Part shown: piece by piece, positions 26,246-35,250 of the stretch
Layout: each line of letters opens with the position of its first letter
How positions within the stretch are numbered: position 1 is the stretch's first letter
Origin: Candidatus Nomurabacteria bacterium
GTDB taxonomy: Bacteria; Patescibacteriota; Minisyncoccia; Phycocordibacterales; SBAW01
NCBI GenBank assembly: GCA_943356495.1
Contig: CALRFF010000002.1
Span: 12,596 to 76,595, forward strand
Direction: 5' to 3'
Length of the DNA: 64,000 nt
Position numbers and translations under genes: made by a program
Notes under the pieces: model-generated
The model's database searches: none
What the model was told of the DNA's origin: nothing
Seen by the model: only the letters and a program-made list of their open reading frames with translations

Positions 26246-28360
26246 ATGAAAACTAAAAGTTATTCGCTTGAGGTGGGCGGCAAGCAGATGGTCGCCGAGT
26301 TTACCGACCTGGCCGAACAGGCTAATGGCTCGGTAATACTCCGCTACGGCGACACGGCTGTACTCGCCACTGCGGTTATGAGCGGCCGCACACGCGACGA
26401 CATCGATTATTTTCCCCTCACCGTCGATTACGAGGAGCGCTTCTACGCCGCAGGTACCATAGGCGGCAGCCGTTTTATGCGCCGCGAGGGCCGGCCGTCT
26501 GACGCCGCAATACTCAGCGGCCGCATCGTTGACCGTACTATCCGCCCGCTCTTCCCTCAACATATCCGCAACGAAGTACAAGTAGTCATTACTATGTTGG
26601 CGCTGGGGGACGAAAAACCCGCGACGATCGCGGTCAACGCTGCGTCTATTGCGCTCGCGGTGTCTGACATACCGTGGAATGGACCCGTTGCGGCAGTGCA
26701 CTTGGTCGAAAAAAACTTCGACCTTGTTGCCTGCGGCAAAGACGGCACTATTAATATGATCGAGGTCGGCGCGCAGCAGGTTGACGAGGCAACCATTGCA
26801 AACGGTTTTGCCAAGTCGGTAGAGGAGCACAACAAAATCTTGGCGTGGCAAAAACAAATTATCGCCGAGCTGGGCAAACCTAAGCGCGATGCGACCAAAC
26901 CCGAGTTGCCGGCCGAGGTTGCGCAACTGTTTGAGGCCGAATTTGCCGCCAAGGTAACGCCCGCGGTCTTTTGCGGCATTGCCGGCAAAGACGAAATCCA
27001 TCACCTGACCGACGCGTGGATGGCCCGCGCTAAAGAGATAGAGACGCTTAAAGACATTAAATCCGGCGTACTCAAACGTTTTATCGAAGACAAAGTAGAC
27101 GAAGAGATCCATCGCGGCGCAATAGAGGACAACAAGCGCGCCGACAACCGCCCGTTCGACCAGCTGCGCCCGCTGTTTGCCAAAGCCGGCGGCGTTTCGC
27201 CGGTACTGCACGGCTCGGGGATCTTTTACCGCGGCGGTACGCACGTGTTTACCGCGCTTACCCTCGGCGGCCCCGGCGACAGCCAAGTCATCGATACGAT
27301 GGAGGAGCACGACGGTAAAAAACGCTTTATGCATCACTACAACTTCCCGCCGTACTCGGCGGGGGAAACCGGCCGCATGGGCGGTGTTAACCGCCGCGCC
27401 ACCGGCCACGGTGCCCTTGCCGAAAAAGCTTTGGCCGCGGTTATACCCGATGCAGTCGACTTCCCCTACACCATACGCTTGGTCTCCGAGTGTTTGGCGA
27501 GCAACGGCTCGACCTCGATGGGCTCGGCTTGTGCATCGACGCTCGCGCTCATGGACGGCGGCGTACCGATAAAAGCGCCGGTTGCGGGTATTGCGATGGG
27601 TGTCATGACCCACAACGGCAAACACAAAGTGATGACCGATATCCAAGGCCCCGAAGACGAATTTGGCGGCATGGACTTTAAGGTGGCGGGTACGCGCAAC
27701 GGGGTTACCGCGATACAGCTCGACATCAAACTCGACGGCATCCCGCTCGAGGTACTGACCGAGGCTCTGCAGGGCGCAAAAGTTGCCCGCGCGCAGATAC
27801 TCGACGTGATAGAGAAGGAAATTGGTGCACCGCGCGCAACCATTAGCCCACGCGCGCCCGAAATTTTGACTATGCGCGTCAAACCCGACCAGATCGGTAT
27901 GGTTATCGGTGGTGGTGGCAAAACAATCAACGGTATTAAAGATGTATGCCAGGTAGATGATATTACGATAGAAGACGACGGCTCGATATTTATCACCGGC
28001 AAAAACGGTAGCGCCCAAAAAGCCAAAGTCATGATCGAGGCTATTGTTAAAGAGTACAAAGCGGGCGAGGTCTACGACGGCGAAGTTACCCGCATGATGG
28101 ACTTTGGCGCGTTTATGCGCGTCGGGGTGGGCAAAGATGCCGAGGGGCTGGTGCATGTTTCTGAAGTGGCGCCGTTTCGTATCGACAAAATAGGCACGGC
28201 GCTTAAAGTGGGGGACAAAGTCCGCGTTATGATAAAGGAGATAGACGACAAAGGACGCATCAACCTGTCTATCAAAGCCGTAGACCCCGAGTGGGCAACA
28301 AAAAAAGGCCTTACCCCAAGCACCAATGCCGGACCAACCAGCAGACCCCCTAGATCCTAA
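26246..28360 (+). CDS. pnp: Polyribonucleotide nucleotidyltransferase (PNPase)
   Basis: FPLTVDY.E, RREGRP, HYNFPPYS.GE, SNGSTSM, DFKVAGT, KH and S1 domains. Confidence 0.97.
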   Translation: MKTKSYSLEVGGKQMVAEFTDLAEQANGSVILRYGDTAVLATAVMSGRTRDDIDYFPLTVDYEERFYAAGTIGGSRFMRREGRPSDAAILSGRIVDRTIRPLFPQHIRNEVQVVITMLALGDEKPATIAVNAASIALAVSDIPWNGPVAAVHLVEKNFDLVACGKDGTINMIEVGAQQVDEATIANGFAKSVEEHNKILAWQKQIIAELGKPKRDATKPELPAEVAQLFEAEFAAKVTPAVFCGIAGKDEIHHLTDAWMARAKEIETLKDIKSGVLKRFIEDKVDEEIHRGAIEDNKRADNRPFDQLRPLFAKAGGVSPVLHGSGIFYRGGTHVFTALTLGGPGDSQVIDTMEEHDGKKRFMHHYNFPPYSAGETGRMGGVNRRATGHGALAEKALAAVIPDAVDFPYTIRLVSECLASNGSTSMGSACASTLALMDGGVPIKAPVAGIAMGVMTHNGKHKVMTDIQGPEDEFGGMDFKVAGTRNGVTAIQLDIKLDGIPLEVLTEALQGAKVARAQILDVIEKEIGAPRATISPRAPEILTMRVKPDQIGMVIGGGGKTINGIKDVCQVDDITIEDDGSIFITGKNGSAQKAKVMIEAIVKEYKAGEVYDGEVTRMMDFGAFMRVGVGKDAEGLVHVSEVAPFRIDKIGTALKVGDKVRVMIKEIDDKGRINLSIKAVDPEWATKKGLTPSTNAGPTSRPPRS

Positions 28361-29435
28361 GAGCTTTCTCCTCCCCAAAAAAGAGGGCGGTCCTTCGCCT
28401 ATCTCTGCCCAGCGCGTAAACGCGGGGGAGCTTTTGGCACAGGAAGTTAAAGCTGAATTACCGAAAGCGCCAGTGCCTGTCGCCAGCGCTCCAGCCGCAC
28501 CAAAAAAAGAAGAGTCGCAGGTGCGCGCAGTCCAAACATACACCAGCGATATCAGCCGCGTCGTCGAGCAAGGCGGTGTTTCGACCGTTTCTATCGCCGC
28601 GGCCGAGGCCGAGCGCCGCCACAAAGGCACCGAGGATGGGGTGGTAGAAGTGGCGCGCCAACCCGCGCAAGACGGCCCTTCGCGCCTGCGCTTGGTGCTT
28701 ATCGCCACCAGTATTATCTTTGTGTTGTCGGGCATTATTATACTGGCCGCGTTTTTGATACCGCCGGCTGCGCCACAGCAAGCGGCAGAGCCGCAGACGC
28801 CGTTTATTGCGGTCGATAAAACAACCCCTATTGCCACCGACGGCACGGGTGCACGCGATATTGTAATGACCGAGCTCGAGGCGGCACGCGAGCAGGTTAA
28901 CCTTTCCTTAGGGTTGATAGAGCGTCTGCTGCCCGCCACCCCCAACGCCATAACCGGCCTTGCCGACGCACTACCCGCACAAAAGTTTTTTGAGCTTATC
29001 GCCCCCAACATGCCGGTGGACCTGCTGCGCACCGTAGCGCCGGTGTTTTTGCTGGGCGTGCACTCGTTTGATGAAAACCAGTCCCTGTTGATACTGCGCG
29101 TCGACTCCTACCAGCAGGCCTACTCGGGGTTGCTCGCGTGGGAGCACACCATGCCGCAGGAGCTTGCACCGCTGTTTACCCGCCGGCCAAGCCTGCACAT
29201 ACCGGGTACCGCGCCGGCGCCCACCGCCTCGACCACTCCGCAGTTTATACAAACAGGGTTTGTCGACCGCGTGGTCGAAAACCATGACGCCCGCGTGTTG
29301 GAAAATAGTACCGGCGACATATTGCTGCTGTGGACATTCTTGGACCGCAATACGGTCATTATTACGACCAACGAGTTTACCTTGCGCGAGGTATTGCGCC
29401 GCCTTACCACCGCCGCATTGGTGCCGAGGATGTAG
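28326..29435 (+). CDS. Single-pass membrane hypothetical protein
   Basis: 369 aa, Pro-rich N-terminus, one TM helix, globular C-terminal domain. Confidence 0.75.
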   Translation: MPDQPADPLDPKSFLLPKKEGGPSPISAQRVNAGELLAQEVKAELPKAPVPVASAPAAPKKEESQVRAVQTYTSDISRVVEQGGVSTVSIAAAEAERRHKGTEDGVVEVARQPAQDGPSRLRLVLIATSIIFVLSGIIILAAFLIPPAAPQQAAEPQTPFIAVDKTTPIATDGTGARDIVMTELEAAREQVNLSLGLIERLLPATPNAITGLADALPAQKFFELIAPNMPVDLLRTVAPVFLLGVHSFDENQSLLILRVDSYQQAYSGLLAWEHTMPQELAPLFTRRPSLHIPGTAPAPTASTTPQFIQTGFVDRVVENHDARVLENSTGDILLLWTFLDRNTVIITTNEFTLREVLRRLTTAALVPRM

Positions 29436-29465
29436 ACAACGGAGCCGTGTGCTATACTCTTTTGC

Positions 29466-29780
29466 ATGAATAATGCAGAATTGAAAATAAAATTAGAGGA
29501 AGAATTAGATGTAGTGAGCCAAGAGTTGGCCGATTTGGGTGTGGAGGATATTGACCACACCGCCACCGAGCCCGACGAGCTGGCCGACCGCATGGAGGCC
29601 GCCGAGGAAAGCGCGGGGGAGACCGCGGTGCTTAGCGCCCGCCGCAAAGAGATAACCGCGGCGCTTGCCCGCATGGCAGACGGCACCTACGGTATATGCG
29701 AAGAGTGCGGCGAGAAGATAGAGGAGGACCGCTTGGAAGCCAACCCCGCTGCCCGCACCTGCCGGGCGCACATGGAGTAG
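29466..29780 (+). CDS. TraR/DksA C4-type zinc finger protein
   Basis: AL.RM..GTYGICEECGE.I..DRLEA.P.ARTC; coiled coil with D..D. Confidence 0.9.
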   Translation: MNNAELKIKLEEELDVVSQELADLGVEDIDHTATEPDELADRMEAAEESAGETAVLSARRKEITAALARMADGTYGICEECGEKIEEDRLEANPAARTCRAHME

Positions 29781-29890
29781 GGCTCCATAAAACGAAGTTT
29801 CCAGGAACGCAGAAAATTTCCTGCTGATAAATTTTCCTAATGCACGGCCTCGACAGGCCTGCATACATTCCTGAAAACTTGTTTTACTCC
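29774..29890 (+). ncRNA. Candidate multi-branch structured RNA or MITE-like element
   Basis: GGAGTAGGGC/GTTTTACTCC and AAGTTT.CAGGAA/TTCCTG.AAACTT stems enclosing two hairpins. Confidence 0.45.
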
Positions 29891-29895
29891 GCTGC

Positions 29896-29968
29896 GAAAA
29901 CCCGCCAAGGCGGGTTTTCTTGAACCTAAAAAGAAAAACCGGCGGACTTTCGTCCGCCGGTTACTTTT
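29896..29968. terminator. Two tandem terminator hairpins between convergent genes
   Basis: GAAAACCCGCC-AA-GGCGGGTTTTC and AACCGGCGGAC-TTTC-GTCCGCCGGTT. Confidence 0.75.
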
Positions 29969-30351
29969 TACTTCTGATCGAACAGAAACTGATGCTTCAG
30001 ACCGAAGGGCATATTGACCGTCTCGGTAAAGTTGACCAGTTCAAGGATCGGCCTCTGGGGCACCGGGGGAGGAACACGGAATTCGAGAGTAAAGAACCCC
30101 TTTGCCCAGTCGGTCGTAACCAAAACCCACGACCCCGGTCCGGGCGCTGACAAGAGCCCATTTTCATACCTGACCAGAATTTCGCCCAGACGGTTATGAT
30201 CAAAAGGGACGAGGCCCTTCTTTTCAGCCTTCTGGACAATCTCCTTGAACAGAATCCGATCCTGAGCAACGCTCGACAGGGGAAGTTCGCCAGGCGACAG
30301 GGGACGGCTGGTGGCCGCTAAAACAGTGCGCGCGTTCTGGGACAAATTCAT
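29968..30351 (-). CDS. Hypothetical orphan protein
   Basis: 127-aa ORF with GAGGAG SD, divergent from the TrmB-like gene. Confidence 0.6.
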   Translation of the reverse strand: MNLSQNARTVLAATSRPLSPGELPLSSVAQDRILFKEIVQKAEKKGLVPFDHNRLGEILVRYENGLLSAPGPGSWVLVTTDWAKGFFTLEFRVPPPVPQRPILELVNFTETVNMPFGLKHQFLFDQK

Positions 30352-30472
30352 CTTGCTCTCCTCGGGTTAAGAAGCGTCTGGATTGACCTTCTGCTCTATA
30401 TTTTGCGCTTAATTGGAGTAAAAGTCAATACTTAGTCATGGTTTTTATTGCAGTTTTTGATGATTAAAATGC

Positions 30473-30518
30473 TTGACAAACAAAGAATATTTGCTATCTT
30501 AGTCATATATTTATGACT
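30473..30518 (+). promoter_or_regulatory. Sigma70 promoter plus palindromic operator over the start codon
   Basis: TTGACA-16 nt-(TG)TATCTT; AGTCATA-TATT-TATGACT at 30501-30518. Confidence 0.65.
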
Positions 30519-31247
30519 GTTTACCTAAAAGATGCAATTAAAGGAGGGCTCTCCGCTAAGGCTTCCGCAGTCTATGTTGCCCTCTTAGAGGCGGGAGTAG
30601 CCTTGCCGCCCAAGGCCCTTATTTTGCGCACCAAGCTCCACCGGCAATATGTCTACGACGCCTTGAGGGAGCTGAAAGATCGCCGGCTCGTCGTGACCGA
30701 GGGACAAGGGCACCGTATAAAATATGTCGCTGGGAGCCCAGAAAAACTCTTGCAAGAGGCCGAGAAGGCGCGCCTAGATGCACATGACGCCGTACATGAG
30801 TTGATGAAACTCTACGATCGTTCGCCGGCCGGTGTTGTAGAAATCATCCGCGGACGCGAGGCCGCGATGGAATATGACCTGCGTTCAGTACAAGAAGCGG
30901 AAGACGGAGACCCGCTCGACATCATCGGAGGCGGTGGCCTGCGCTGGGTACACATGGTAGGAAAAGAATTCGAAGAGAAGTGGGGTCGGATTGGCAAAGC
31001 AAAACATATAAAACTGCGCTACATCGGTACAGAAGAGGAAAAGCGCTACAACCGCGAGGAGAGCCCGCTCGAAAATGAATCGCGCGCTATCCCAGGAATT
31101 GGAGATATTGTTACTGTCGTAATCCGCAAAGAAAGTATGCACTTTTGCATTTATGAACCGGAAGTCATGTATGTATTCGTAAAAAATAAAGACGCGGTCA
31201 AAAGCCAACGCGCATTGTTTGAGGTGTTGTGGACCGCGGCAAAATAA
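30513..31247 (+). CDS. TrmB-like transcriptional regulator
   Basis: GLS...A.VY.ALL, HTH LHRQYVYDAL..L...LV, P.KL coiled coil, C-terminal effector domain ending FEVLW. Confidence 0.8.
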   Translation: MTVYLKDAIKGGLSAKASAVYVALLEAGVALPPKALILRTKLHRQYVYDALRELKDRRLVVTEGQGHRIKYVAGSPEKLLQEAEKARLDAHDAVHELMKLYDRSPAGVVEIIRGREAAMEYDLRSVQEAEDGDPLDIIGGGGLRWVHMVGKEFEEKWGRIGKAKHIKLRYIGTEEEKRYNREESPLENESRAIPGIGDIVTVVIRKESMHFCIYEPEVMYVFVKNKDAVKSQRALFEVLWTAAK

Positions 31248-31289
31248 CCGACGGTATACTAAATCATAGAAGACCAAGCGGAGGGCGGC

Positions 31290-31484
31290 GTGAGCAAATA
31301 TATAGTCGACGCATTTTGCGGGTATCCCTTCAAACGTAAAAAGGGAAAGAAGAAACACAAGAAGAAAAAGAAAAAGCAGCGCCCCAGCTCGGGGCGTTTT
31401 TCTTTTGAGCGGGCGATGAAATCTTCATTTATACTGTTTGCATGCAGTACGCCAAGGTGTACGGGGCTCAATCATCAGCATTAA
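31290..31484 (+). CDS. Small poly-lysine ORF with an internal terminator hairpin
   Basis: TATACT promoter at 31255-31260, GGAGG SD, GTG start; KRKKGKKKHKKKKKK tract. Confidence 0.4.
   Translation: MSKYIVDAFCGYPFKRKKGKKKHKKKKKKQRPSSGRFSFERAMKSSFILFACSTPRCTGLNHQH
31379..31407 (+). terminator. Intrinsic terminator
   Basis: GCGCCCC-AGCTC-GGGGCGT followed by TTTTCTTTT. Confidence 0.7.
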
Positions 31485-32995
31485 CTCCCTATCTCGTGGA
31501 GGTCGAGACGGATATTTCTGCCGGACAATTGCACAAATTTGATATCGTGGGTCTTCCCGGCAAAGCTGTTGAAGAGGCGTTGGACAGAGTTGCGGCGGCG
31601 ATAAAACATTCTGGATTTAAATCTCCAAAAGTAAAAAACCAAAAGATTGTTATATCGCTGGCGCCCGCGGATTTAAAAAAAGAGGGGCCGATGTTTGACC
31701 TGCCGATAGCGCTTTCTTACCTGCTTGCGGCCGATGATATCAAGTTTGACCCAGACCCATATGTGTTTGTGGGGGAGCTGTCGCTCGACGGACAAGTAAG
31801 GGGAGTGCGCGGACTGTTACCTTTGGTCGCCGAGGCAAAGCGCAAAAAGAAAAAGGCTATCTTTGTACCAAAAGAAAACGAGTTAGAGGCCGCGCTGGTA
31901 GGTGGTATCGAGGTCTATGGGGTAGAGAGCTTGCAGGAAGTAATCGGATTTTTAAATACCAAAAAATCTCAAGATAAAAAGAAGGTCGGGCAAGAAATAA
32001 AGCTTAGAGCCGCGCCGCAGACCAAGCTACCGGTACCCGACATAGAAACACAATTTTCGTTCGAGGATATACGCGGACAAGAAGGCGCCAAGCGCGCGGC
32101 GGTTATCGCCGCGGCCGGCGGACACAACCTGGGGTTGAGCGGCCCGCCCGGCACCGGCAAAACTATGTTGGCCCGCGCGCTTGCATCGGTACTCCCGCCG
32201 CTTAGCTTCGACGAAGTGTTGGAAGTTAACGGCATACACTCGGTGGCCGGAGCATTGCGCGGCGAGCTGATGGTGATGCCGCCGTTTCGCAGCCCGCACC
32301 ACACATCTTCTTACGTTTCGATAGTCGGCGGCGGTTCGACGCCGCGCCCCGGCGAGGCAACGCTTGCACACCGCGGCGTATTATTTCTCGACGAATTTCC
32401 TGAGTTTGAGCGGCGGGTCATCGAGGCGCTGCGCCAGCCGCTTGAAGATCGGGTAATTAGCGTAGCGCGCGCCAAGGGCACGGCGCAATTTCCCGCGCGG
32501 TTTTGTTTAGTCGCTGCTATGAACCCCTGCCCGTGCGGCAACTACGGCCACCCGGAAATTTCTTGCATATGCACGCCTATCGCGCTCGAGCGCTATCGTC
32601 GCAAAGTATCGGGCCCGATTGCCGACCGCATTGACCTGTGGAGCACGATGGGGCCGGTCGAGCTAGGCGAGCTGGGCAAGCGCAACCCGCACGGGACAGA
32701 AACCGCCGCCGCGCGCGGCCGTATACTCAAGGCCCGCGCCGCGCAAGAAAAACGGTTTAAAAAGTCAGGCAAAACAAATAGCGACCTTAGCCCCCGCGAG
32801 CTCGACGAGCTGGTGCCCCTGCGTCCAACCGTGCGAGTGGTGCTGGAAAAGGCGGGTACGCGGCTCAACCTAAGCCCGCGCGCATTCCATCGCGTCATTA
32901 AAGTCGCGCGCACCATCGCCGACCTCGACGAGTCGCCCGACATTAACGAGTCGCATATTTTAGAGGCCTTGCAATATAGAGAAAGAAAAAGTTAG
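31442..32995 (+). CDS. comM: YifB/ComM Mg-chelatase-like AAA+ ATPase
   Basis: LAPADLKKEG, GPPGTGKT, PFRSPHH, LFLDEFPEF, AMNPCPCG, KVARTIADL, EALQYR. Confidence 0.95.
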   Translation: MQYAKVYGAQSSALTPYLVEVETDISAGQLHKFDIVGLPGKAVEEALDRVAAAIKHSGFKSPKVKNQKIVISLAPADLKKEGPMFDLPIALSYLLAADDIKFDPDPYVFVGELSLDGQVRGVRGLLPLVAEAKRKKKKAIFVPKENELEAALVGGIEVYGVESLQEVIGFLNTKKSQDKKKVGQEIKLRAAPQTKLPVPDIETQFSFEDIRGQEGAKRAAVIAAAGGHNLGLSGPPGTGKTMLARALASVLPPLSFDEVLEVNGIHSVAGALRGELMVMPPFRSPHHTSSYVSIVGGGSTPRPGEATLAHRGVLFLDEFPEFERRVIEALRQPLEDRVISVARAKGTAQFPARFCLVAAMNPCPCGNYGHPEISCICTPIALERYRRKVSGPIADRIDLWSTMGPVELGELGKRNPHGTETAAARGRILKARAAQEKRFKKSGKTNSDLSPRELDELVPLRPTVRVVLEKAGTRLNLSPRAFHRVIKVARTIADLDESPDINESHILEALQYRERKS

Positions 32996-33002
32996 ATAGG
33001 GT

Positions 33003-33608
33003 ATGCACCGGACTTCTATCAAACACTTATCTAAGGATAAGCACTTGGGCGCGTTTATCCGCGGCTACGGGCCATTGCAATTTCGGCGCGACCACACGCA
33101 AGAACCGTTTCAGGCATTGTGTGAGTCTATTATCTATCAGCAAATTTCAGGCAGCGCGGCCGCGACAATTTTGGCGCGCTTTAAAGCACTGTGGCGAAGA
33201 AAAAAATTCCCTACACCTGCAGATGTACTAAAAATAAAAGTAGACAAGCTGCGCAGTGCAGGCGTTTCTCAACAAAAGGCGGCATATCTTAAAGACTTGG
33301 CTAAAAAATTTACCGACGGCACCGTCGACCCCAAACAATTCCCCACGATGACCGATGCCGAGATTATCAAACACGTTATGGCCGTTAAGGGAATAGGCGA
33401 GTGGACGGCGCAGATGTTCCTCATGTTTACGCTCGCGCGCCCCGACGTGCTGCCGACGGGCGATCTTGGTATACAAAAAGCGTTTCAAAAACTTTTTTCG
33501 CTGCGGAAAAAACCGTCGCCTGCGCGTATGGAAAAGTTGGCGCGCGTCTGGGCCGGCCACCGCACCGTGGCGTGCTTTTATCTGTGGCGCACACTCGACA
33601 GTAAGTAG
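33003..33608 (+). CDS. alkA: DNA-3-methyladenine glycosylase II (AlkA family)
   Basis: IIYQQIS, HhH VKGIGEWTA, DVLP..DLG, YLW. Confidence 0.9.
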   Translation: MHRTSIKHLSKDKHLGAFIRGYGPLQFRRDHTQEPFQALCESIIYQQISGSAAATILARFKALWRRKKFPTPADVLKIKVDKLRSAGVSQQKAAYLKDLAKKFTDGTVDPKQFPTMTDAEIIKHVMAVKGIGEWTAQMFLMFTLARPDVLPTGDLGIQKAFQKLFSLRKKPSPARMEKLARVWAGHRTVACFYLWRTLDSK

Positions 33609-33662
33609 GGTTTCATGCCAAGGGTAGGGAACTTTTGTTTGCGGGCTATGTTATACAGAGGT

Positions 33663-33971
33663 ATGACCAAAAATCCTTTTATAAACGCGGGGGCGGCGGC
33701 TGTGTATATCGGGGGAGTGGTGCTGTTCATCAGCTCCTTGCCCGGCCCTGACCCCGACACGGTGCTTATGCCTATCACTATGCTGTCGCTCTTGGTGCTC
33801 TCGGTGCTTGCTATGACATACTTCTTTTTCCTTGTGCCGGTGCAGCTGTATTTCGACGGGCATAAAAAAGAGGCCGTGAGCCTTTTTACACAAACAACGG
33901 CCATCTTCGCCGTCTTTGTGGCCGCGCTCCTCGGCGCACTCTTGTTATTTATTTCCTACTCGACGGTTTAA
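33663..33971 (+). CDS. Small three-TM membrane protein
   Basis: 102 aa with three hydrophobic segments. Confidence 0.75.
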   Translation: MTKNPFINAGAAAVYIGGVVLFISSLPGPDPDTVLMPITMLSLLVLSVLAMTYFFFLVPVQLYFDGHKKEAVSLFTQTTAIFAVFVAALLGALLLFISYSTV

Positions 33972-35050
33972 TTTGCAAACGGGTTGACCGCGCCGCGGAC
34001 CTCGAAGTGGAGGTGCGAGCCGGTCGAGGCGCCGGTCGAACCGACCTTGCCTATTATTTCGCCCTGATCAACCGACGCGCCGACCGAGGTCGAGACACGG
34101 CTGAGGTGCGCGTAGAGTGTCTGCGTACCATTACCGTGCGACACCACTACATAGTTACCGTAACCGCCGTTCCAACCGCCGCCCGAGCGAGCGACAATAA
34201 CCGTGCCGGCGGCGGCGGCGTACACATTGTTGCCGGTCGGCGCACCGAAGTCGACACCATTCCAACCGTGGAGACCTTGCGTAATGACGCCGCCCTGCAG
34301 CGGGCGGGAGAAGTAGCCGGAGAGCGCCGGGCCCGAGCCGCCTAGGAAAGGTTCCCCGCTCTTAAGTACTTTAGAAATTGCTTTCGTGCGCGCGGTCGCG
34401 GCAACTTGCGCGGCCGTGGGCGGCGCTTCGCCGTTGGGGACAATCACCACATCGCCGACCGCAAGTACGGCATCATCGGCAAGGTTGTTAAACTGCGCTA
34501 TCTCGCCCGCATCGGCTTTGTGCTTTTTAGCAACCGACGCAAGCGTATCGCCTTTGGCTACCGTGTAGCGCACGCCGGTGACCGGCAAAATAATAAGCTG
34601 GTCGCCTTCTTTAATAACACGCGTATTGTTGGCCCAGACAATGGTGTTGACCGTAACACCGAACATTTTGGCAATGCCCGCGAGCGTGTCGCCTTGGTGC
34701 ACGGTGTACACCGAGATGGCAGAGCTTTGCGGCGCATTGGCGATGTCGGCTGCGGTGCCCTCCGGGCCTTCTTGGGGAAGGAGCGCCGAGCCCTCTACTA
34801 CGTTTACCTCGCCGCCGCCGACCGACGGGCTTGGGTCGATGTTAACGGCAGGGGACAAAAGGGGCACCGTCTGTGAGTTGTATGAGCCGCCGGCCGCGCG
34901 CGTCTCGGTCGCCGTGTGCGACAACAAAGAGCCGAGCGAGAAAAAGCTCGCCGCCGCGGCAAACGGGGCGAGCATAGCGTAAGAGGCGCTGGCTACCACG
35001 GCCATATGCACCAATGCTTTTTTGCACTTATGTAGAAAACTTGAGTTCAA
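33968..35050 (-). CDS. LysM-repeat M23 peptidoglycan endopeptidase
   Basis: Two LysM repeats (Y.V..GDTL..IA), H.GVD, YAHL, STGSHLHFEV; start uncertain. Confidence 0.92.
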   Translation of the reverse strand: MNSSFLHKCKKALVHMAVVASASYAMLAPFAAAASFFSLGSLLSHTATETRAAGGSYNSQTVPLLSPAVNIDPSPSVGGGEVNVVEGSALLPQEGPEGTAADIANAPQSSAISVYTVHQGDTLAGIAKMFGVTVNTIVWANNTRVIKEGDQLIILPVTGVRYTVAKGDTLASVAKKHKADAGEIAQFNNLADDAVLAVGDVVIVPNGEAPPTAAQVAATARTKAISKVLKSGEPFLGGSGPALSGYFSRPLQGGVITQGLHGWNGVDFGAPTGNNVYAAAAGTVIVARSGGGWNGGYGNYVVVSHGNGTQTLYAHLSRVSTSVGASVDQGEIIGKVGSTGASTGSHLHFEVRGAVNPFAN

Positions 35051-35250
35051 AGGGGTATTTTAACCTGATTTCTGCGTGATTCCGCTAAAAAATGGCTCAA
35101 CTAGGCCATATTTGTAGCTCCCATCCCTGTACTTAACCACTATTACAGGTGCCAACCCGCGGGTCAACGCTTGTACGTGAAGGGTGGGGATAACTGAAGC
35201 CAAAATGAACAAAAAACCTTGTAAATCAAGGGTATTGGGGGTACCCTTGC

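Noticed and set aside
26219-29032. 937-aa ORF on the minus strand
   Set aside because: Antisense shadow of pnp and the next gene; no motifs; expected from GC-rich codon bias. The same applies to most other overlapping ORFs in the track.
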